Assembly: GCA_015523565.1 (NCBI GenBank) | Contig: WAKA01000051.1 | Location: forward strand, 1 to 10,977 | DNA: 10,977 nt | From: Candidatus Heimdallarchaeota archaeon | Lineage (GTDB): Archaea > Asgardarchaeota > Heimdallarchaeia > Heimdallarchaeales > Kariarchaeaceae | Reading direction: 5' to 3' | Part shown: in pieces, positions 6,501 through 10,977 of the stretch | Layout of the letters: every line of letters begins with the position of its first letter | Numbering within the stretch: the first letter of the stretch is position 1 | Made by a program: the position numbers and the translations under genes | Notes under the pieces: generated by a model | Told to the model about the DNA's origin: nothing | The model's database searches: none | What the model saw: the letters and a program-made list of their open reading frames with translations, nothing else

Positions 6501-7647
6501 TTCCCGCTATGTCAAATGTCCTGTTAATTGAAGACATGACCGAAAAGTTCAGGAAAAATGGTTTGATCCCCGTATTCAACCTTAATGAATAATTGCCAGT
6601 TTCCAATAGGAAATTCAATGAGCTATTAGTAAGAGTGCCATTGTTGATTAATTCAAAATTTGATGAATAAAGGGTAAATGGGATTTCCCCATACTTAAAA
6701 CCTTTGTAGGTGAAATTAAAGAAAACCTTGTAAATGTGTTCATTAGTAGATAACTGAATTATTTGATCTTCATAAAGGACAATTTTCTTGCTATCAAGTA
6801 TAGTTCCAAGCTTTTCAAGCTGTATCTTGTAAAATCCTGTGGGTAGAAAATATGTCTGGGAAATATTTGCTGACCCACTTACCAACAATGTTTCCTCAGA
6901 ATCAAATATTTGCAGATTAACGAGTGATTTATCATCTGTACCATTTTCAAATTGAACATTTACCTTTAATTCATGTTTTCTTGTCAATTGTTTCAATATT
7001 TCTGATTTGCTTGTTATGGTATCATCAAAATTCACTTGAATGTGTGTGACAGTCGAAAAATAATTCGCAAGAAACTGACTTGTTTCCAATGATGTAAGTG
7101 CTTCAAATTTATACGGCATTTCAGTATCAACAAAACCTATTACTTCCAAATTGACAAATTTTCCAGAAATAGTGGACGAAACGGAAATTATATCTCCAAT
7201 GTTTATATTAAACCTGTCTTTTAAAAAATCCCCTACTACTGTTTGTGTAGTGTTAATTTGGAAAATGGTTGATGAATTTCCATAAATTTTGAATGTGGGA
7301 TCAAACTTGACAATATTTGTTAGATTGACCCCTCTATAAAATGATGGTTTTCCATTGATGATGGCTGGTTGTAGCACTTCTTCACTGTAAGCATTAATTC
7401 CTGGTAGGACTTTTATTGATTTAACTAAATTAATGTCTACTTTTGATGTAAAGGGAGTGTTGACCGTTGTATCATAAATTATTACTGTATTACTACGTTG
7501 ATCAAAAAAATTTGTTGATTGCGAACTCAGTGATTGGATTGTCAGGATTGTCCCTGAAAAGATGGCGGATGCCAAGATAATTGCAATAATTGTTGATGTG
7601 AATCTTTTAAACGGTATTAGGGTAGGGGTCAACAAAGAACTTCTCAT
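3592..7647 (-). CDS. Giant FtsX/MacB/LolCE-like (type VII ABC) permease with a ~950-aa extracellular beta-sandwich insertion
   Basis: 1351 aa. One N-terminal TM (FTSTIIAIILASAIFSGTILTI); MacB-periplasmic-core-like segment (FYRGV...VVGDFLKDRFNINIGDIISV...LEVIGFV...TSLETSQFL...VTHIQV); long Asn/Thr/Ile/Phe-rich beta region; three C-terminal TMs with the FtsX coupling-helix signature SKREIRTLLTIGHS. Start supported by SD GGTGA and an ATGA overlap. Confidence 0.85.
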   Translation of the reverse strand: MRSSLLTPTLIPFKRFTSTIIAIILASAIFSGTILTIQSLSSQSTNFFDQRSNTVIIYDTTVNTPFTSKVDINLVKSIKVLPGINAYSEEVLQPAIINGKPSFYRGVNLTNIVKFDPTFKIYGNSSTIFQINTTQTVVGDFLKDRFNINIGDIISVSSTISGKFVNLEVIGFVDTEMPYKFEALTSLETSQFLANYFSTVTHIQVNFDDTITSKSEILKQLTRKHELKVNVQFENGTDDKSLVNLQIFDSEETLLVSGSANISQTYFLPTGFYKIQLEKLGTILDSKKIVLYEDQIIQLSTNEHIYKVFFNFTYKGFKYGEIPFTLYSSNFELINNGTLTNSSLNFLLETGNYSLRLNTGIKPFFLNFSVMSSINRTFDIAGNFTKVKFNLPQNAVLLNNISSLYVDGLLDYYQVFLYDKSGGNFTENIEIDYENGLIELNLTNGFYLLVINDPKIEGNSTVGRLNFQVNTNTTTLQTDLIDGKRYEVGSTFILNTTAINLQTLQIKANQYTLKIDNSTGQLASVKLPEQRGIYSLTISGKDFLGKIWTKSFKIILDNRTELAGWMLPEPIPKVLEGVQYPIWYSGEILSISENWSINIIKSGYAKLKMEGTTNENQLVLTLSEGTQILSFEFISNISKIIQITNSSGTEFGLETNEIHSSDLRITFNEHDYAVVLTINGERFEVNPSFPYQIPNVLSTASLEIFQIVGTENVLIKTVNWNVIDDNAIPDLPIPHFLFANSTSTGIFRLDGYKYVFTFENGTEFIPANISDSKIILPSGKYRISVFMNSQSFNFTLDVKKFENTFAKTMVENGILKFSWGYLQVNKTDEISITEGTYRIGDNIFFNDPTLDHLSGLSSKITNQSQWTIVISGFRYLKYTKIFENNTSVTSIYDKKIELKSNKNERINIYLIGIDKFGNQFSNTFFVILNQPTVKFLISVYTRDYTAFPQFGISFDINVQFYGVSSANITQNNTEIELVQGKITISSLKSLDIDLPFDFNVNDTSHTIKIFINNPFVTILTYNANNNITKPYKGLLIIRDLISGKVLVNDISELEQFELPASTYDIQIFNEEQTTNKTLNLQFSSQLLITLPIFNQTIYLETIKIGNFYIKSVTAEHGILGVVSNGIVVSKDNSFEKWVVFNFPYGDLNIRIELSNGEVVNVNFVTEAKESMTIKTILDFSGLNDQYIDESLLNKGAININVGLIESTGYIETFLGNLITLVRIVFLAELLIISFILVINIIHTIEFFVKLSKREIRTLLTIGHSKRTSIFLISRGLILTIAIYAMIGYSLGYFLISTFVRVNRITLFGHDLIFEFWNLEAIVSNLIGVIVMVFVSIIAEIKRIRPEDLTGF

Positions 7648-8846
7648 AAGAATTCACCATTTTCCAATTTTTTGATTACTATTCCGATTATTGTGCCTAA
7701 GACAGATGTTATTGTACTTATGCTCAAAAGTAGAACAAGGATATCGAAGGATGCTTCTCCTACAATAAATACATTATTGAAAACCATGGCAAGCAAAGAG
7801 AAAATCAAATTAACAATTACAATGCTGAAAAGAAATGAAAAAACAGATGCAAAAAGTGAAACCATGATGAACTGTTTCACAAAAAGGATGATCACTGCAT
7901 ATCTTGAGAAACCTATTGACTTAAGAACTCTTATCTCCTGCATGGATTCTTCAATCAAAAGGTATGTTGAATTAACTATGGATACCAAAATCAATGCAAA
8001 TATGCTAATGAGTAGAATTCTTAATAATCTAATTACATCCTCTTTTGACACTGTTAAATACTGTGAGACAAGGCTATTTGTGTCTATTTTTATATCGTCA
8101 ATACTCTGCAATGCATTAAGAAGTTTCTGCAAATCATTTTTTGTGACAAGCCCTTCCGTAACTGATTCAGAGATGACCGAAAATTCAAGTCTATTGAATT
8201 TTTGTCCTTGGGTCAAATTGATTGCTGACCAATCCATTAAGATTCCATATTCAATAGTGTCAGGAAATGTCGTCTGCAATCGCAAGGGATTATTAATCAA
8301 GATGGAATTGTTATACTTGATTACGTAAGTTTCTCCAAGAATCAAAAAATTCCTATGATTTGCAAAAGTTGTTTTGTCAATGAGAAATGTATTGTTTTTT
8401 TGAAAATTAATGCTATTATCCGAAAAAACTTGGGAAATGTTGGTTATTGTCAAATGCATCACGATTGAATTACCTAGTCTTGAAATATTTCCAAAAACAG
8501 AGAGGCTATATCTATATTGCAAATTTGAAATAATGCTTGTCTCATTGAATTTCTTTTCCAATTGGTATCTTGTCAATCCAGATGGGTTGATATTCAACTC
8601 TGAAATGAGGTTGTCAAGTTTTTCAAGCTGTTTCCCTGTAAAAAAATTGGATTTCTTAGGTGAAACAATAACTGACGTTGTATCATCTTGTACTGAAGCA
8701 GTCAGTGAATCAATTTCATTGCTAAGCCCAGAAATTATAAGGCTTGTGGAAGCAAAGGCCATCATTGAAATAACCATGCCAATCAATAGGTAATTGAGTT
8801 TTCTTGAATTCCAAATGAAATATCTTACTGCAAGCATAAAATCCAC
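7644..8846 (-). CDS. FtsX/MacB/LolCE-like (type VII ABC) permease, ~400 aa
   Basis: N-terminal amphipathic helix (LAVRYFIWNSRK) plus TM1, a ~230-aa extracytoplasmic domain, then 3 TMs with the signature IVNSTYLLIEESMQEIRVLKSIGFSRYAVIILF. The true start may be ATG 8837 (397 aa) rather than GTG 8846, because AGGTGG (8848-8843) sits 5 nt upstream of that ATG. Confidence 0.88.
   Translation of the reverse strand: MDFMLAVRYFIWNSRKLNYLLIGMVISMMAFASTSLIISGLSNEIDSLTASVQDDTTSVIVSPKKSNFFTGKQLEKLDNLISELNINPSGLTRYQLEKKFNETSIISNLQYRYSLSVFGNISRLGNSIVMHLTITNISQVFSDNSINFQKNNTFLIDKTTFANHRNFLILGETYVIKYNNSILINNPLRLQTTFPDTIEYGILMDWSAINLTQGQKFNRLEFSVISESVTEGLVTKNDLQKLLNALQSIDDIKIDTNSLVSQYLTVSKEDVIRLLRILLISIFALILVSIVNSTYLLIEESMQEIRVLKSIGFSRYAVIILFVKQFIMVSLFASVFSFLFSIVIVNLIFSLLAMVFNNVFIVGEASFDILVLLLSISTITSVLGTIIGIVIKKLENGEFL
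7654..7658 (-). promoter_or_regulatory. Shine-Dalgarno GGTGA for the 1351-aa gene, embedded in the upstream CDS
   Basis: The - strand reads GGTGA-ATTCTT-ATGA. ATG(7647) overlaps the TGA of the upstream gene, indicating translational coupling. Confidence 0.75.
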
Positions 8847-10977
8847 CTAAATAATAAAGACCTTGAATTCAGCATTTGTGAAAATTGGATCCTGAACTTC
8901 TTCAATATCCACAAAAAATGGAAAACGCGGGACAAAGCTGTTCATGTATTCCTGATAAAAATAATGTCCTGGTGCCAATGAAATGATGATTCTGATGTTA
9001 TAATCAGTTAATACATTGGTCGCTTCAGAAATGTTCATTTCAGCAAAATTGAACGGTATTCCGTCCTCTATGATTGTTGTCAACCAAACATCAATAAATC
9101 CTCTTTGAGTTAAGTATTCAATTCCAGGAATATTCACACCTATCATGATAATTTCAGGGTTCAAATTCAAGTCAATGATGAAATCTGCCAATTCCCTTAC
9201 TGCTCGTCGATTATTGTAATGGAATAATTCCTGATAACTCTCCACGTCGAAGTTATTGTAGGTGAGATATAGTATTTGTACTGAAGATGGGCTTAAAATC
9301 AATATTGCGAACAACGCAACTTTTGCACCCCGTCCTATTCTTTTCCTTCTTACTGCAAATTTTTTGAACATCTTTTGCTCAATTTCAACATAGGGATAAT
9401 TTGTAGTATCAAAGTCCTTGGTTGGGCTGTCTCTTGAAAAGTAATATCTAAATCTGCTATAAGAGGATATTGCCGCCCAAAGTAATCCAATGAATGAAAA
9501 CAAATAAATCAATAATAATGGCACATTACTATGGTAATTATATAATCTCACATTTGGATCCATAAAAATGGAGTTAAATGGTACAAGTGGGAGATAGAAT
9601 AAGTAATTTGTTCCCAAAACAAATAGAATGATTGATTGTTCAAAAAGTCCAAATCTATGGTCTTCTTTGAACAATCCAAATCTGTTGAAAACTGAAATAT
9701 TCTTTTCTGTGTTGTAATCGCTATAAATTCGTTTTTTAACAGATGTTATTGTTTTCCGAATAAACAGGGTTGGACTAATACTGGCAAGTGCAGACAAAAA
9801 GGAGAATAATCCTATGGATGTAATAATGGTTAATGGAACAATAATCATGGAAAGGTAACGGGTTGATGATACTGAGAAATATCCCATCCATAGTCCGTAG
9901 AATGAAAAAATCCATCCTAGAAGTGGTAATGCCCATTTATTGCCGTCACGCGAGGTTAATGTTTTTCCTATTCCCCAGATTTTAAACGGTAATAAGAAAA
10001 GATTAAACATGTGCGCCAAAAAGATGACGAAAACAGTTGTCCAAAAGCTTGATGCATGGGCATGTTCCATGTATGCCAATTGTGGAAGTAATTTGGGGAA
10101 TGAATAACTGAATGGCTTTTCTGGTGTTTGAAAATATAATGAAATGAAATAGTCTTTAATTTCTGGGGCTCTTGTCATATGGATAATCCACACTGTTGCA
10201 GTTAATAATGCAAGGCTAAATGTAGCTAGAATGATTTTTTTATTTGCAGGGATTCCTGTTTGTGTCATTTTCACATTGATGATGAAAACAAAAAGATAGA
10301 TGGCAATGACTGCAATTCCAACCCCCAGATACACATTTCTTGCTGATTTCAAAAACAAAAAAGTTGATATCGGGATTATGAAAATGGACTTAAGCAATAG
10401 GTCCTTCTTACCTTTGAGTATAGGAAACGACAAAATAAGAATTAGTGGGAATGAATATCCTGATACTTTTGTCAATGGAGCCATTCCAAATGAAATGGCA
10501 AGAAATGGAAAATTATTTTTCAGAGTATTCTTTTCTTTTAATGTTCGCAAATAATATAGAAATCCAGAAGAAATGTAATATGCAATGGGAAGGTCTTGGT
10601 AAAATGCAAATTCATACATCATGATATAGATGAAAGGACTAATAAGAAGCATTGTGCTTGCAATGGCTGCTATGATTTTATTTTCTCCAATTTCAATGGT
10701 AATGTCATATGTAAGCATTGCCAATCCCATTAAAAACATAACTGGGATTAGCTGTGGATAAAATCCTTTTGAAATATAAAACACATAAGTTATCAAAATG
10801 GAATTGACTGGTGGTTTAAACGGGTATATGAAATTCAATGGATTGGGTGTTTCAGGAATGTCATCAGAATAATAATAAAAAAGAGAATTTGGTAGGTAGT
10901 AATGCAATGCATCCCATCCTCTTGCTGGTGAAATCCAAGCAAGAAAGGCATAGTCAAAAATGATTATGACATTTGCA
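8847..10977 (-). CDS. GT-C superfamily polytopic membrane glycosyltransferase (ArnT/PMT/GT39-GT83-like), 5'-truncated by the window edge
   Basis: The frame stays open from the track's TTG at 10907 to the window end, adding ANVIIIFDYAFLAWISPARGWDAL, so the track start is not the real start. Motifs: PARGWDALHYYLP (acidic first external loop), FYPQL, YQDLPIAYY, LTKVSG, STRYL. Many TM segments and a soluble C-terminal domain. Confidence 0.78.
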   Translation of the reverse strand, partial: ANVIIIFDYAFLAWISPARGWDALHYYLPNSLFYYYSDDIPETPNPLNFIYPFKPPVNSILITYVFYISKGFYPQLIPVMFLMGLAMLTYDITIEIGENKIIAAIASTMLLISPFIYIMMYEFAFYQDLPIAYYISSGFLYYLRTLKEKNTLKNNFPFLAISFGMAPLTKVSGYSFPLILILSFPILKGKKDLLLKSIFIIPISTFLFLKSARNVYLGVGIAVIAIYLFVFIINVKMTQTGIPANKKIILATFSLALLTATVWIIHMTRAPEIKDYFISLYFQTPEKPFSYSFPKLLPQLAYMEHAHASSFWTTVFVIFLAHMFNLFLLPFKIWGIGKTLTSRDGNKWALPLLGWIFSFYGLWMGYFSVSSTRYLSMIIVPLTIITSIGLFSFLSALASISPTLFIRKTITSVKKRIYSDYNTEKNISVFNRFGLFKEDHRFGLFEQSIILFVLGTNYLFYLPLVPFNSIFMDPNVRLYNYHSNVPLLLIYLFSFIGLLWAAISSYSRFRYYFSRDSPTKDFDTTNYPYVEIEQKMFKKFAVRRKRIGRGAKVALFAILILSPSSVQILYLTYNNFDVESYQELFHYNNRRAVRELADFIIDLNLNPEIIMIGVNIPGIEYLTQRGFIDVWLTTIIEDGIPFNFAEMNISEATNVLTDYNIRIIISLAPGHYFYQEYMNSFVPRFPFFVDIEEVQDPIFTNAEFKVFII

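Noticed and set aside
1206-7647. Idea that Cdc48 is the missing ATPase for the permeases, or part of an ERAD-like module with them
   Set aside because: The genes are convergent, cdc48 has its own promoter-like element, and the permeases retain ABC-type coupling helices. Adjacency alone is not evidence; conserved synteny would be needed.
3866-10554. Plus-strand ORFs 3866-4219, 4463-4768, 5252-5533, 7672-8328, 8410-8793 and 10300-10554
   Set aside because: Antisense shadows of the membrane-protein operon, with low-complexity Ile/Lys/Met/Ser composition expected from the complement of hydrophobic codons.
10905-10907. TTG start assigned to the GT-C gene by the ORF track
   Set aside because: The frame is open to the window edge and the conserved-looking GWD motif (WD at 10916-10911) lies upstream of this codon.

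Overview
AT-rich, densely coding window that looks archaeal: GGTGA Shine-Dalgarno sites, BRE/TATA-like promoters and a VAT/Cdc48-type ATPase. An Asgard-type host is plausible but cannot be shown from this sequence. The left part has (i) the first 40 codons of a minus-strand gene missed by the ORF track, whose N-terminus matches the first iron-ligand helix of BoxB/PaaA-type di-iron aromatic-CoA epoxidases, (ii) a divergent crotonase-family enoyl-CoA hydratase/isomerase, with a palindrome and a 15-bp direct repeat in the shared intergenic region, and (iii) a Cdc48/VAT paralog whose D1 ring looks catalytically degenerate (Walker B DE->DN, no pore-loop aromatics) while D2 is intact. The right part is a tightly coupled minus-strand operon converging on cdc48: a 5'-truncated GT-C (ArnT/PMT-like) membrane glycosyltransferase, a ~400-aa FtsX/MacB/LolCE-type (type VII ABC) permease, and a 1351-aa permease of the same family carrying a ~950-aa sequon-rich beta-sandwich insertion in its extracellular domain. 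No ABC ATPase, RNA gene, CRISPR array or mobile element is visible. All family assignments come from manual motif recognition, not database searches.
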